Origin: Candidatus Zixiibacteriota bacterium
Lineage (GTDB): Bacteria; Zixibacteria; MSB-5A5; GN15; FEB-12
DNA length: 28,033 nt
Assembly: GCA_030619345.1 (NCBI GenBank)
Contig: JAUXBO010000001.1
Coordinates: 1 to 28,033 of the forward strand
Direction: 5' to 3'
Notes under the pieces: generated by a model
What the model saw: only the letters and a program-made list of their open reading frames with translations
Told to the model about the DNA's origin: nothing
The model's database searches: none
In this document: positions 14,708 to 24,279 of the stretch, piece after piece
Numbering within the stretch: the stretch's first letter is position 1
How the letters are laid out: each line of letters begins with the position of its first letter
Program-made: the position numbers and the translations under genes

Positions 14708-16720
14708 ATGAAGCAAACCGGCAAGCTTTTCGCGTTCTTGCTATTAGCAACTCTGTCTGTCAGTTTATCAGTACACGGCGACCCCTATAACTATCTGTCT
14801 CCCAATGAAATAAATGAGCGCTTGAAGTCTCTCAAGACCGCCTCGGGAGTCAGTGCTACAACTCATTTACTTGCAAAGACCGCAGGGGAACGGGAACTTC
14901 TTCTGCTTGAAATCTCCGGCGGCAATCCTGAAGGCTCTGCGATTTTGGTTGTGGCTAATATGGAAGGCAACTATCCGCTTGCCAGTGAAGCAGCCGTTAG
15001 ATTGAGCGAACTGTTGGCCAACGACTGGCAGGAGATGCTCAATAACCATAAGTGGTATATTGTTCCGGTGGGGAACCCGGATGGATACGCCCGTTTCTTC
15101 TCAAGCCCGTCTTCAATCAACTATACAAATAATCGTTCGGTCAATTCGGACATGGATGACGCTTTTGATGAAGACGGCCCAGAAGATCTCAATAAAGATG
15201 GTTTTATAACCATAATTCGTCAGCCGCATCCGGAAGGAAAGTGGATCGAAGTCGAATCCAATCCGATGCTGATGAAGAAAGCCGATGCCGCCAAAGGAGA
15301 AACCGGGAAGTACCGGATTTTTCCTGAGGGCATTGACAACGACGGCGACGGCAAAATTAACGAAGACGGTCCCGGTGGTGTGAATCCGGGACATAATTTC
15401 CCCCACGACTTTCAGCACTATACTTCCACCGACGGCCTCTTTGCGGCCAGCGAAAACGAAGCGCGTGGGATTCTGGAGTTCTGCTTTGAGCATACCGAGA
15501 TAGCTATGGTTATCACGTTCGGTCGCGTAAACAGCCTCAAGGAAGTGCCCAAGTCCGGTCGCAAGGCTGAAGCAGATCAGAGCAAATACAAAGTCCCGGA
15601 ACGTTGGGCAAAAAGAATTGGACTCGATCCAGAAAAAGAGTATCCAATCAAAGACCTGCTGGCTTTGGCCCGCGATTATACCGGCTATAAGGAGTTAACC
15701 GAAGACCAACTATTGCAGTGGTTGGGCGTTGGGGCCGCAGTCAATCCCGCAAAGGGAGACCTTTCGTACTGGGAAGAGATCAGCGAGAAATACAACGAGT
15801 TCATAAAAGAAGCGGGACTCGACGGTAAGCGGCTTGATCCACAAGGGTTTTCTTCCGGTTCTATAGAAGAGTGGTCGTACTATCAATACGGGGTTCCGAC
15901 GTTTGCTATGGATTTCTGGACCTTACCGGAACCAGAAAAAGAGGAAAAGAAAGAAGAACAAGCGGGAATAACACTCGATTCACTTGAAAACATGACCAAT
16001 GATCAGTTTATCGAACTTGGTGAAGAACGAATAGATGAATTTCTTAAGGCCAACGACGCGCCTTCGATGTACACGGCCACAATGGTTATCAGTGCCCTTA
16101 AAGGCGGAATGATGGATACCAAAAAGATGGCCAAGTTCATGCGGAAAAATAAAAAGAAGGATGATGCAGGTGGCGCCGATGAGGAAGACGAAGCGCTTTT
16201 TGCTTACCAGCCCGATGCGTTCATTGCCTGGCAGTCGTATAATCATCCCACCCTCGGTAAAGTTGAAATAGGGGGACAGAAACCGTATGCGCAGCTTCTT
16301 CCGGCATCGGACGAGGTAGACAGCCTGTTAAGCAAACAACTCTCGTTTGTCAAGGAACTGGCGGAGAGGCTCCCCAGTCTCTCTATCAGCCGAACGGTGG
16401 TTGAAGCGGTTAGCTCGGATGTTTATCGCCTCGATGTTTGGGTGGCGAACAACGGATTCCTGCCGTATCCAACTCATCAGGGAAAACGAAGTCAGCGGCC
16501 CGCGCCTCCGGCTTTGACGCTCGATGAGAATAACCTTACCATTCTCGAAGGTTGTGCACGAAAACCCCTGGGATTGATCGACGGATCAGGTGGCGTTGAA
16601 AAAGTCACCTGGCTTTTGCAGGGAGTAGCAGGTAGTAAAATCAAATTGAGTTTGCAGTCTCTAAGCGCCGGTACTGACGAACTGACGATAACCCTCACCG
16701 AAGGGGAGACCTCACGATGA
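14708..16720 (+). CDS. Secreted M14 (zinc carboxypeptidase)-fold protein with degenerate active site (probable pseudo-peptidase)
   Basis: Signal peptide and M14 scaffold collinear with the downstream paralog. HxxE is replaced by EGNY (14963-14974), NRN by GHN, the third Zn His by Gly (ITFGR) and the catalytic Glu by Asp (AMDFW). Acidic DxDGDG inserts and a C-terminal Ig-like domain are present. Confidence 0.85.
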   Translation: MKQTGKLFAFLLLATLSVSLSVHGDPYNYLSPNEINERLKSLKTASGVSATTHLLAKTAGERELLLLEISGGNPEGSAILVVANMEGNYPLASEAAVRLSELLANDWQEMLNNHKWYIVPVGNPDGYARFFSSPSSINYTNNRSVNSDMDDAFDEDGPEDLNKDGFITIIRQPHPEGKWIEVESNPMLMKKADAAKGETGKYRIFPEGIDNDGDGKINEDGPGGVNPGHNFPHDFQHYTSTDGLFAASENEARGILEFCFEHTEIAMVITFGRVNSLKEVPKSGRKAEADQSKYKVPERWAKRIGLDPEKEYPIKDLLALARDYTGYKELTEDQLLQWLGVGAAVNPAKGDLSYWEEISEKYNEFIKEAGLDGKRLDPQGFSSGSIEEWSYYQYGVPTFAMDFWTLPEPEKEEKKEEQAGITLDSLENMTNDQFIELGEERIDEFLKANDAPSMYTATMVISALKGGMMDTKKMAKFMRKNKKKDDAGGADEEDEALFAYQPDAFIAWQSYNHPTLGKVEIGGQKPYAQLLPASDEVDSLLSKQLSFVKELAERLPSLSISRTVVEAVSSDVYRLDVWVANNGFLPYPTHQGKRSQRPAPPALTLDENNLTILEGCARKPLGLIDGSGGVEKVTWLLQGVAGSKIKLSLQSLSAGTDELTITLTEGETSR

Positions 16721-18444
16721 AAAAACTCAGCTTAATTTTTGCCATAATCTTATTGTGTATGTTGGCCACCTCCGTAAGTTCTGAGAAACTACGTTTGACT
16801 TTTGACCATTTCTATGACGGGCAGGCTGTCATAGACGCCGTTCATGATCTGCACAAGGCTTATCCCAATCTGACGACATTACAGTCCTTGGGCCAGAGTG
16901 AAGAAGGACGCGATATCTGGCAGTTAACCATCAATAATCCCAAGACCGGCAAGGACACGGAAAAGCCCGGCATTTATGTCGACGGTTCTATTCACGGTAA
17001 CGAGATCCAGGCGACTGAAGTCTGTCTTTACCTGGTCTGGTATTTACTGGATTCTTACGACAGCAATCCGGTAATCACCAAGCTGGTGGATAGTCGCGCT
17101 TTCTACATTATCCCGATTGTAAATGTCGATAGCCGGTGGCATTTCTTTACCGATGCCGGCGATTATAATATCGGGCGCACGGGCATGGTGCCCTACGATG
17201 ACGATCGCGACGGCCTCCTTGATGAGGATGGCCCGGATGATATTGACGGTGACGGCCAGATTCTCCGCATGCGGATTAAGGACCCATACGGTAATTGGAA
17301 AAGCCATCCGGACGACGCCAGAGTAATGGTCCGGGTAAAAGATGGGGAACAGGGCCAATGGACCCGTCTGGGTTCTGAGGGTATTGACAACGACGGCGAT
17401 GGACAGATTAACGAAGATGGGCCCGGCTATCTGGATATGAACCGCAATTGGGGCTTTAAATGGCAGCCTCCCTATGTTCAGTCAGGCGCAGGGGACTTTC
17501 CAATGTCCGGCAAAGTAACCAGAGCCGTGTCGAGCTTCATTTTATCTAAACCGAATATCTGCTTTAATTTTGCTTTTCATAATTCCGGTGGTCTGATTGT
17601 CCGCGGACCGGGATCAAAACTGGCCGGAATGTACCCACCGCAGGATGTCAAAGTGTATGATTACCTTGGACACGAAGGCGAAAAAATCCTCCCCGGATAC
17701 GAATACATAATTGGCGGGCAGGATATGTACACGACCCACGGAGACTTTGATGAGTGGATGTATTCCAACCTCGGAATCTTCGGATTCGTGGGCGAACTAT
17801 TCATGAGTGAACAGGAGCGCTACCGTCTTCTCAAGAAAAATGCGGACAAGGACGAAGAATGGTTTGACGGTACCCCGGCAATTGAGAAACACAAGTTCGA
17901 CGATAACGTCAATCAGGGGCAGATGTTCTCGGACTGGAAAGAATTCGACCATCCGGTACTTGGGAAAATTGAGATAGGTGGTTGGAATACATTTACGACC
18001 CGTATCCCGCCTCTGTTTATGCTCCCGGAGATGGTCCATCGCAATGCCTCGCTCGTTATTTTTACTGCCCAGCAGGCTCCCGAAGTGAATCTTGAATTGA
18101 TCGACATAACCGACATCGGTAATGGGCTTAAGAGAGTACGGGTTCGTGCCCACAATGGCAATGCTATACCCTCACTGTCCGCTCAAGCTGTAAGGAGAGA
18201 CATCTATCGCAAAGATATGTTCGAGATTACCGGCGGTTCCATAGAAGTTGTCTCCGGTGGTATTATCAGCGACCTTCACATGGATCGTGTGTCTCCAAAA
18301 CGAAATCGGCCCGAAGTTATCTTTTCCAGTGTTCCGGCTTTTGGAACTTGCGAAGTCCAATGGATCGTCAAGGGGAGTGGCTCGGCCACTATCAGTTACT
18401 CGGCTATTAAGGCCAAGAATTTGAAATTGAGTATTAAGCTCTAA
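16717..18444 (+). CDS. Secreted M14-family zinc carboxypeptidase, catalytic residues intact
   Basis: Signal peptide; 'DGSIHGNE' (16993-17004), 'DMNRNWG', 'FAFHNSGG' (His 17578), 'FVGELF' (Glu 17794). ATGA overlap with the upstream paralog. Confidence 0.92.
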   Translation: MKKLSLIFAIILLCMLATSVSSEKLRLTFDHFYDGQAVIDAVHDLHKAYPNLTTLQSLGQSEEGRDIWQLTINNPKTGKDTEKPGIYVDGSIHGNEIQATEVCLYLVWYLLDSYDSNPVITKLVDSRAFYIIPIVNVDSRWHFFTDAGDYNIGRTGMVPYDDDRDGLLDEDGPDDIDGDGQILRMRIKDPYGNWKSHPDDARVMVRVKDGEQGQWTRLGSEGIDNDGDGQINEDGPGYLDMNRNWGFKWQPPYVQSGAGDFPMSGKVTRAVSSFILSKPNICFNFAFHNSGGLIVRGPGSKLAGMYPPQDVKVYDYLGHEGEKILPGYEYIIGGQDMYTTHGDFDEWMYSNLGIFGFVGELFMSEQERYRLLKKNADKDEEWFDGTPAIEKHKFDDNVNQGQMFSDWKEFDHPVLGKIEIGGWNTFTTRIPPLFMLPEMVHRNASLVIFTAQQAPEVNLELIDITDIGNGLKRVRVRAHNGNAIPSLSAQAVRRDIYRKDMFEITGGSIEVVSGGIISDLHMDRVSPKRNRPEVIFSSVPAFGTCEVQWIVKGSGSATISYSAIKAKNLKLSIKL

Positions 18445-18463
18445 TCTGAACAGGGTAATTTTG

Positions 18464-18487
18464 AAGGGGCGGTCGCGACCGCTCCTT
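18464..18487. other. GC-rich palindromic stem-loop (REP-like / mRNA-stabilising), no U-tract
   Basis: AAGGGGCGGT-CGCG-ACCGCTCCTT: 10-bp stem including one G-U pair, 4-nt loop, between the peptidase and RND genes. Confidence 0.6.
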
Positions 18488-18555
18488 ATGACTGGAGAAA
18501 ATATCTTAGATCATTGTTTACTGACGTTGGTCTAAGTCTACAAAAGGAAAACTGG

Positions 18556-19689
18556 ATGTCCCGATTGATTAAGATCATAATTCCGGTCGCAATACTGGCG
18601 ATAGGTGCCGTGAGCATGTTCACCCTTTTGGGACTGAAAGAGGATCCTCCAAAACATACATCCGTGATTCGTCCTAAGCTGGTTGGCGCTGAAGTTGTTC
18701 GGCTTCAATCACTCCCCACAGAAATCAGCGCTCTGGGAAGGGTTACTTCGTCACAGCCAGTGGAGCTTGTCAGCGAAGTCCCGGGAATGCTCAAGAACGG
18801 TGATGTTGGTTTTATGCCGGGACAGTCGTTTACAAAAGGGCAACTCCTGGCGAAAATCGATGATCGCCAGGCCAGACTGAGGCTCAATAGCAAGAAAGCG
18901 GAGCTATTATCGGCTCTGGCTTTGTTTCTTCCCGAGGTCAAAGTGGAATTTCCAAACGAATATTCGGTGTGGGAAACATATTTCAAGAATTGCGAATTTG
19001 ATTGTTCACTTGAGATTCTGCCCGATGCGGCGAATCCAAAAATCAAACTGTTCCTTTCACGGTTTAATATTTATCAACTCTATTTCGCTGTTTTGGATCT
19101 TGAAATAGAACTTGAAAAACATTTTTTTCACGCCCCTTTTGACGGCTCTATCGTTACTGCAGAAAAGAGAGAAGGGGCCAATGTCCGCAGCGGGACCAAG
19201 ATTGGTCAGATCGTGAACCTGATTGATCTGGAACTGGAAGTCCCCATCGCTGCCGAAGATATCGAGTGGTTGGATTTCATGGCCCCGGTATTCCTAACGT
19301 CTACCGAGCTTACCGGGCAATGGACTGGCCAGATAAAACGGGTCGGCAGCGCCATTGACATCCGTACTCAAACCGTACCGGTTTTTGTAGAGATTGACAA
19401 TGAGCACTCTGATGAGATGAGAGAAGGACTTTTTCTGAACGCTTTGATTTCAGGTCAGATTGTAGAGAATGCTTATCGCGTTCCCCGCCGGGCAATCTAT
19501 GACGAGTCGACCGTTTATCTGGTCGTCAACGGCAAGCTGGCTAATCGCCACGTGGACATTGTCAGGCGAGTTGCTGACGACGTTATAGTCGTCGGTGGTC
19601 TCAACAACGGTGACACCCTGGTAATCGACATGATGCAGGGAGTTGTTGCTGGAATGCCAGCCAAAGCCATTCTGAACATGGAAGGCTAA
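18556..19689 (+). CDS. RND efflux periplasmic adaptor (membrane fusion protein)
   Basis: The ATG at 18556 with AAGGA RBS is preferred over the TTG at 18514. N-terminal membrane anchor, lipoyl-like 'LVSEVPGML...GQSFTKGQLLAKID' and 'HAPFDGSIV', 'VPRRAIY...VIVVGGLNNGDTLV'. Confidence 0.92.
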   Translation: MSRLIKIIIPVAILAIGAVSMFTLLGLKEDPPKHTSVIRPKLVGAEVVRLQSLPTEISALGRVTSSQPVELVSEVPGMLKNGDVGFMPGQSFTKGQLLAKIDDRQARLRLNSKKAELLSALALFLPEVKVEFPNEYSVWETYFKNCEFDCSLEILPDAANPKIKLFLSRFNIYQLYFAVLDLEIELEKHFFHAPFDGSIVTAEKREGANVRSGTKIGQIVNLIDLELEVPIAAEDIEWLDFMAPVFLTSTELTGQWTGQIKRVGSAIDIRTQTVPVFVEIDNEHSDEMREGLFLNALISGQIVENAYRVPRRAIYDESTVYLVVNGKLANRHVDIVRRVADDVIVVGGLNNGDTLVIDMMQGVVAGMPAKAILNMEG

Positions 19690-19701
19690 GAAGATACTGC
19701 C

Positions 19702-22700
19702 ATGCGAAATGTAATCTCTTATTTTATTAAGTATCCCATCTGGACTTCGGTGATAATGTTCAGCGTCGTACTGTTTGGACTGTTTTCGCTCGGACAGATG
19801 CGCTACTCTTTCTTCCCTGAAACCAAGCCGGACCTCGTCATGGTCCAGGTTGCCTACCCGGGCGCGTCTCCTGACGAAGTTGCCGAAGGGGTGGTCCTCA
19901 AGATTGAGGAGAACCTTGACGGCCTTGAGGGAGTCGAGCGGGTAACATCTCTATCGCGCGAAAATTTTGGAACCGTAACAGCGGAACTCATTAAGGGAGC
20001 AGATATCGATGAGGTTCTGGCTGATATAAAAAACGCAGTTGATCGCATTAGTTCATTCCCTGAGGATGTTGAACAGCCGGTAATCTTCAAGCAAAGATTC
20101 CGCACCCGGGCTCTTTCGATTATCCTTTACGGCGAGACCGACCTTTACAACATGAAATACATTGCCGAGCAGATGCGCGACAATCTTCTTGAATCTGACG
20201 CGATCTCGCAGGTAGCTATTGAAGGACTTCCTGATCTTGAAATTTCAATCGAAGTTTCCGAAGCTGACCTGCGCAGGTACCAGTTAACATTCGATGAGAT
20301 CGCAGTTGCCGTGCGAAACGCTAACGTAAATATTTCAGGCGGAAAATTTGAAACGAGTGACGAAGAAATTCTGATCCGTGCCTGGGGTCGTAATTACTAT
20401 GCGGACGAACTCAACGACATTCCCGTTCGCGGCAATCCCGACGGCTCCGTTATTTTTCTGGGCGATATTGCCACGGTCGAAGAACAATGGGAGGACATCC
20501 CGGATAAGTGGCTGTACAACGGTCGAACTGCTCTGGTTCTCAATCTTGATCAGGCCGAGAGCGAAGATATAATCGGTATCGCCGAACGTACAATCGCCCA
20601 CATTACCGAATTTAACGACAGTAATGAAAATGTAATGGCGCTCGTGCTTGATGATCGCACAGTGCCGCTTCGCCAGCGTCTGGAACTTCTTGTCAGAAAC
20701 GGTCTGATCGGACTTCTGTTAATTATCATCGCCCTGGGTCTTTTTCTGAATCTCCGACTCTCATTCTGGGTGGCAATCTCGATTCCGTTTTCGTTCGCCG
20801 GAATGTTTATTGTCGCCTCTATGTGGGGTATCACGATAAATGTTATATCACTGTTCGGTATGATTATCGTGGTTGGTATTTTGGTCGATGACGCAATTGT
20901 TGTGGGCGAAAATATCTTCACCAATTTTGAACGGGGTAAATCTGCTACCCAGGCGGCCATAGACGGCACTATGGAAGTTATCGCCCCGGTAACGACCTCA
21001 GTGCTAACAACTATTCTGGCGTTTCTTCCTTTCTTTTTCCTTGATGGTATGTTAGGTAAATTCATCTGGCAGATGGCTCTTGTTGTTAGTGCATCTCTAA
21101 TATTCTCACTCATTGAGGCCTTCCTGATTCTGCCATCTCACCTTGCTCACTCTAAAGGCCTCAAGCCGCATAAGGAAGATCATCCATTTCGTAAGAAGAT
21201 TGAAAAAGCGATTAGATATCTCACTCACGATCTCTACGGTCCTTTCCTGAAGCTAACTCTAAAGCACAAGTGGATAACGATTGTCACCCCCGCAGCATTG
21301 ATTTTATTTACTGTTGGTTTGATCGGCGGTGGTGTTATTGGCCTGACGTTTTTCCCGTTTGTCGACGGCGATACGATACCTGTGAACGTAACTCTGGTAT
21401 CCGGCCGTCAGGAATTCGATACCGATTCACTCTTGCAACAGATAGAGGCAAGATGCTGGGAAGTGAATGAGGAGATAAAATCAGAAAGAGCAGACGGACG
21501 CGATGTGGTCATCGGTATAAGTAGAAACCTCGGCAGCAATGATCTCGGCGAATCCGGTTCACATGCCGGTCAGTTGATTCTACAGCTTCTGGACGGTGAA
21601 ATCAGGGAGATGGACAGTTACCTTATCAGCAACCGTCTCCGCGAAAAAGTAGGCTTGTTACCCGAAGTACAAAACATGACTTTCGGGAGGGCCTTGCATT
21701 TTGGAAAAGCGGTGTCGATTAGCTTACTCAGCAATGACTACGATCAGTTGGAGAAAGCCAAGAATCTCCTCATCGCGGAAATAAAAGATTTCACTTCCTT
21801 ACGGGATGTCACCGATTCAGACCAAAAGGGCCGCAGAGAATTCAACATTAGCCTCAAACCCGCCGCCCACGCGCTCGGCCTGACTCTTCAAGATGTTGCG
21901 GGGCAGGTGCGTCAGGGTTTCTTCGGTAAAGAAATCCAACGGATCCAGCGCGGGCGAGATGAAATAAAGGTCTGGGTCCGCTATTCTGATGCCGACCGCG
22001 GTTCTCTGAGTTTGATCGACCAGATTCGCATTCGTACGGCCGATGGACGTGAATTCCCCTTTGGCCAGCTTGCCGAATACACCGTGGAACGAGGTATCAA
22101 TTCGATCAGCCATCTCAGCCGTATGCGTGAAGTGAAGATCGAAGCAAACCAGGCCGATATCTCCGATGATCTCCCGCCGATTATCGCCGAGATTCGAGAA
22201 GACGTCATTCCCCGGGTGCTCGGTCAGGATCAGGGCGTTCGGGCATCATTTGAAGGACAGTCTCGCGATCAGGCGAAAATTCAAAAATCGATGCGTACTG
22301 CATATCCGCTGGCCATGCTTGGAATGTTTATTCTGGTTGTGTTGGTTTTCCGTTCCTATTTGCAGGCGTTGATAATATTTTCGTTGATTCCAATAGGATT
22401 GATCGGTGCCATCTGGGGACACGGCATCCATGGCCTGCAGTTAAATATGCTCTCGTTGTTCGGGTTTATAGCCCTTAGCGGAATTATCATAAATGACAGT
22501 ATCGTCCTGATCGATCAGATAAATCGTTATCTTCGTCAGGGGCAAAAAGTCTACGATGCTGTGTACAACGCCGGACTCGCCCGCTTGCGGCCTATTCTGC
22601 TGACCTCATTGACTACGGCGCTCGGGCTGGCGCCGCTGATTCTGGAGACCAGTCGTCAGGCACAGTTTTTGATACCAATGGCAATATCGGTTGCCTATGG

Positions 22701-22863
22701 GCTAATTTTTGGAACGTTTATACTTCTGATAATTCTTCCTGCTTCGTTTCTGGTGATAAACTCCATAAGACGAAATACAACCGCACTTGTACAACGACGA
22801 TCAATCACGCCTGAAGAAGTCGAACCGGCCATCCGAGAATTGGAAATGCCCGGTGTAGAATAA
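19702..22863 (+). CDS. RND efflux permease (AcrB/AcrD/AcrF family), 1053 aa
   Basis: Two large periplasmic loops and multiple TM segments; 'GILVDDAIVVGEN' (TM4), 'GIIINDSIVL' (TM10), 'RLRPILLTSLTT' (TM11), 'PMAISVAYGL'. Confidence 0.95.
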   Translation: MRNVISYFIKYPIWTSVIMFSVVLFGLFSLGQMRYSFFPETKPDLVMVQVAYPGASPDEVAEGVVLKIEENLDGLEGVERVTSLSRENFGTVTAELIKGADIDEVLADIKNAVDRISSFPEDVEQPVIFKQRFRTRALSIILYGETDLYNMKYIAEQMRDNLLESDAISQVAIEGLPDLEISIEVSEADLRRYQLTFDEIAVAVRNANVNISGGKFETSDEEILIRAWGRNYYADELNDIPVRGNPDGSVIFLGDIATVEEQWEDIPDKWLYNGRTALVLNLDQAESEDIIGIAERTIAHITEFNDSNENVMALVLDDRTVPLRQRLELLVRNGLIGLLLIIIALGLFLNLRLSFWVAISIPFSFAGMFIVASMWGITINVISLFGMIIVVGILVDDAIVVGENIFTNFERGKSATQAAIDGTMEVIAPVTTSVLTTILAFLPFFFLDGMLGKFIWQMALVVSASLIFSLIEAFLILPSHLAHSKGLKPHKEDHPFRKKIEKAIRYLTHDLYGPFLKLTLKHKWITIVTPAALILFTVGLIGGGVIGLTFFPFVDGDTIPVNVTLVSGRQEFDTDSLLQQIEARCWEVNEEIKSERADGRDVVIGISRNLGSNDLGESGSHAGQLILQLLDGEIREMDSYLISNRLREKVGLLPEVQNMTFGRALHFGKAVSISLLSNDYDQLEKAKNLLIAEIKDFTSLRDVTDSDQKGRREFNISLKPAAHALGLTLQDVAGQVRQGFFGKEIQRIQRGRDEIKVWVRYSDADRGSLSLIDQIRIRTADGREFPFGQLAEYTVERGINSISHLSRMREVKIEANQADISDDLPPIIAEIREDVIPRVLGQDQGVRASFEGQSRDQAKIQKSMRTAYPLAMLGMFILVVLVFRSYLQALIIFSLIPIGLIGAIWGHGIHGLQLNMLSLFGFIALSGIIINDSIVLIDQINRYLRQGQKVYDAVYNAGLARLRPILLTSLTTALGLAPLILETSRQAQFLIPMAISVAYGLIFGTFILLIILPASFLVINSIRRNTTALVQRRSITPEEVEPAIRELEMPGVE

Positions 22864-22873
22864 CCGGGCGCAG

Positions 22874-22907
22874 AAAAATAAAGGCGGGTCTGTTTCCCGC
22901 CTTTTTT
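22874..22907. terminator. Bidirectional intrinsic terminator between the convergent RND and DUF1573 genes
   Basis: AAAAATAAAGGCGGG-TCTGTTT-CCCGCCTTTTTT: 9-bp stem, T-tract on the plus strand and A-tract on the 5' side. Confidence 0.85.
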
Positions 22908-22915
22908 CTTGCCGA

Positions 22916-23632
22916 CTATTTCTGACTCATTGCTCGCACCGTTCGCTTGACTGGTATGCTGAATCTTGATCTTTTCTCATCGTCGATCTCTATTGTGAAC
23001 GATTTTTCAAAAGATTCTCCCACAGCCTGTTTATTGAGTAATACCGTTCCTTCACCCTTCTTTCCGGGGGCGATTTTCTCTGGCAACCTTATTTCCAGCA
23101 GATGCTCTGGCGCATAGATTAGTGTTGGTCGAATCTCCCGGTCGGAGACATTTTGCAGTGTGAAAGTTATTCGGTCACGGATTTTGTCCGTGAACTGGGA
23201 CATATCCAGTTTGTAGGGCGCAATGATCACGGGATAGGTCGAATCAGGACGCGATACAACGTGAGTGATGATCCTCACGCGTCTGTCTGGTCCGCCCTCG
23301 TTGGTTGTAATCTTGGGGGATTTGGTAATCCGGTTGCGATAGGTTTTGGTAGAGAATATTATCTCCAGACGGGCACTGTCACCGGGTAACAGCACATCTT
23401 TTTCCAGTGGAGCCTTAGTACAGCCGCAACCGGGGATGATTTTGATGATCCTAAGAGTATCATCGCCGGTGGACTTCAGCCAGAAGCTGTGACTGACCTT
23501 GGCGTGCTGGGGAGCGTAACCAAAGTTAAATGAATCCGGTGATATTCCCATTTGTGGTGCACCTGTGACAGTAGCGGCGGCGGCAAGTACCACCATGATG
23601 CTGGCGAGTCGGGATAGAATCTTCCTAGTCAT
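22916..23632 (-). CDS. Secreted DUF1573-domain protein with a second Ig-like domain
   Basis: Signal peptide; 'FNFGYAPQ...HSFWLKSTG...LRIIKIIPGCGCTKAPLEK..LLPGDS' is the DUF1573 GCGCT signature; AAGGA RBS upstream. Confidence 0.85.
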   Translation of the reverse strand: MTRKILSRLASIMVVLAAAATVTGAPQMGISPDSFNFGYAPQHAKVSHSFWLKSTGDDTLRIIKIIPGCGCTKAPLEKDVLLPGDSARLEIIFSTKTYRNRITKSPKITTNEGGPDRRVRIITHVVSRPDSTYPVIIAPYKLDMSQFTDKIRDRITFTLQNVSDREIRPTLIYAPEHLLEIRLPEKIAPGKKGEGTVLLNKQAVGESFEKSFTIEIDDEKRSRFSIPVKRTVRAMSQK

Positions 23633-23670
23633 AATATATATCCTTCGTTTTGTTTTCTGCCAATTATGGG

Positions 23671-24279
23671 TTACAATATTCTCTGGTTGTCCTGGCTGTT
23701 GGTCACGGGTCGGATACTGGTTTTTACATCTTGTGTCTGCATGCGGGATACGGCGCTGACAACCAGTCGTGCCTCGGATTCGGTCTTTAGATGAACAATA
23801 TTAAAGTGACAGGTAGTATCGCACTGGAGCAGGTGGATGTCGGCGTCGGATAACCCCAGATTCATCAGAAGGTCGCATATCTGATCACTTCCTTCAACAT
23901 ATTCCCGTTCGACTCCGGACACCATGACCTCATAGCCGATAATTGTATCAACCTGCCACGGCCACAGGGCGGCGACTACTACCAACAATGCTGCCGCGAT
24001 TCCGACGGCCGGACGCAGCAGCCACCACTCTCTCGCCGGTAGCGACGGTAAAATCACATCCCTCTGCAATGAATCTCTCATCGACTCAAAAGATGCCACC
24101 CCATTAACAGCAGTAGTTCTTTGTTTCCTCATCAAGTGATTCAAGAGTATTACTGCCTCTACTTCCCGAGAGCATTCCGCACAAGTCTCAATGTGCGTCA
24201 GTGTGTCTTCAGGCAACTCGATTCGATTGTATGGGGTTCCGATTTCTTCTAGTCGCCGACGGATTTCGCGGCAGCGCAT
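23671..24279 (-). CDS. Zinc-finger (ZAS, HxxxCxxC) single-pass anti-sigma factor
   Basis: 'MRCREIRRRL...HIETCAEC'; TM 'AVGIAAALLVVVAALWPW'; ~90-aa extracytoplasmic domain. GAGGAGG RBS lies inside the 3' end of the sigma gene (31-nt overlap). Confidence 0.85.
   Translation of the reverse strand: MRCREIRRRLEEIGTPYNRIELPEDTLTHIETCAECSREVEAVILLNHLMRKQRTTAVNGVASFESMRDSLQRDVILPSLPAREWWLLRPAVGIAAALLVVVAALWPWQVDTIIGYEVMVSGVEREYVEGSDQICDLLMNLGLSDADIHLLQCDTTCHFNIVHLKTESEARLVVSAVSRMQTQDVKTSIRPVTNSQDNQRIL

Noticed and set aside
23670-23675. Second TGTAAC (minus strand) upstream of DUF1573 as a possible ECF -35
   Set aside because: It includes the anti-sigma TAA stop codon and has no CATC/CGTC-like -10 at 16-17 nt; probably coincidental.
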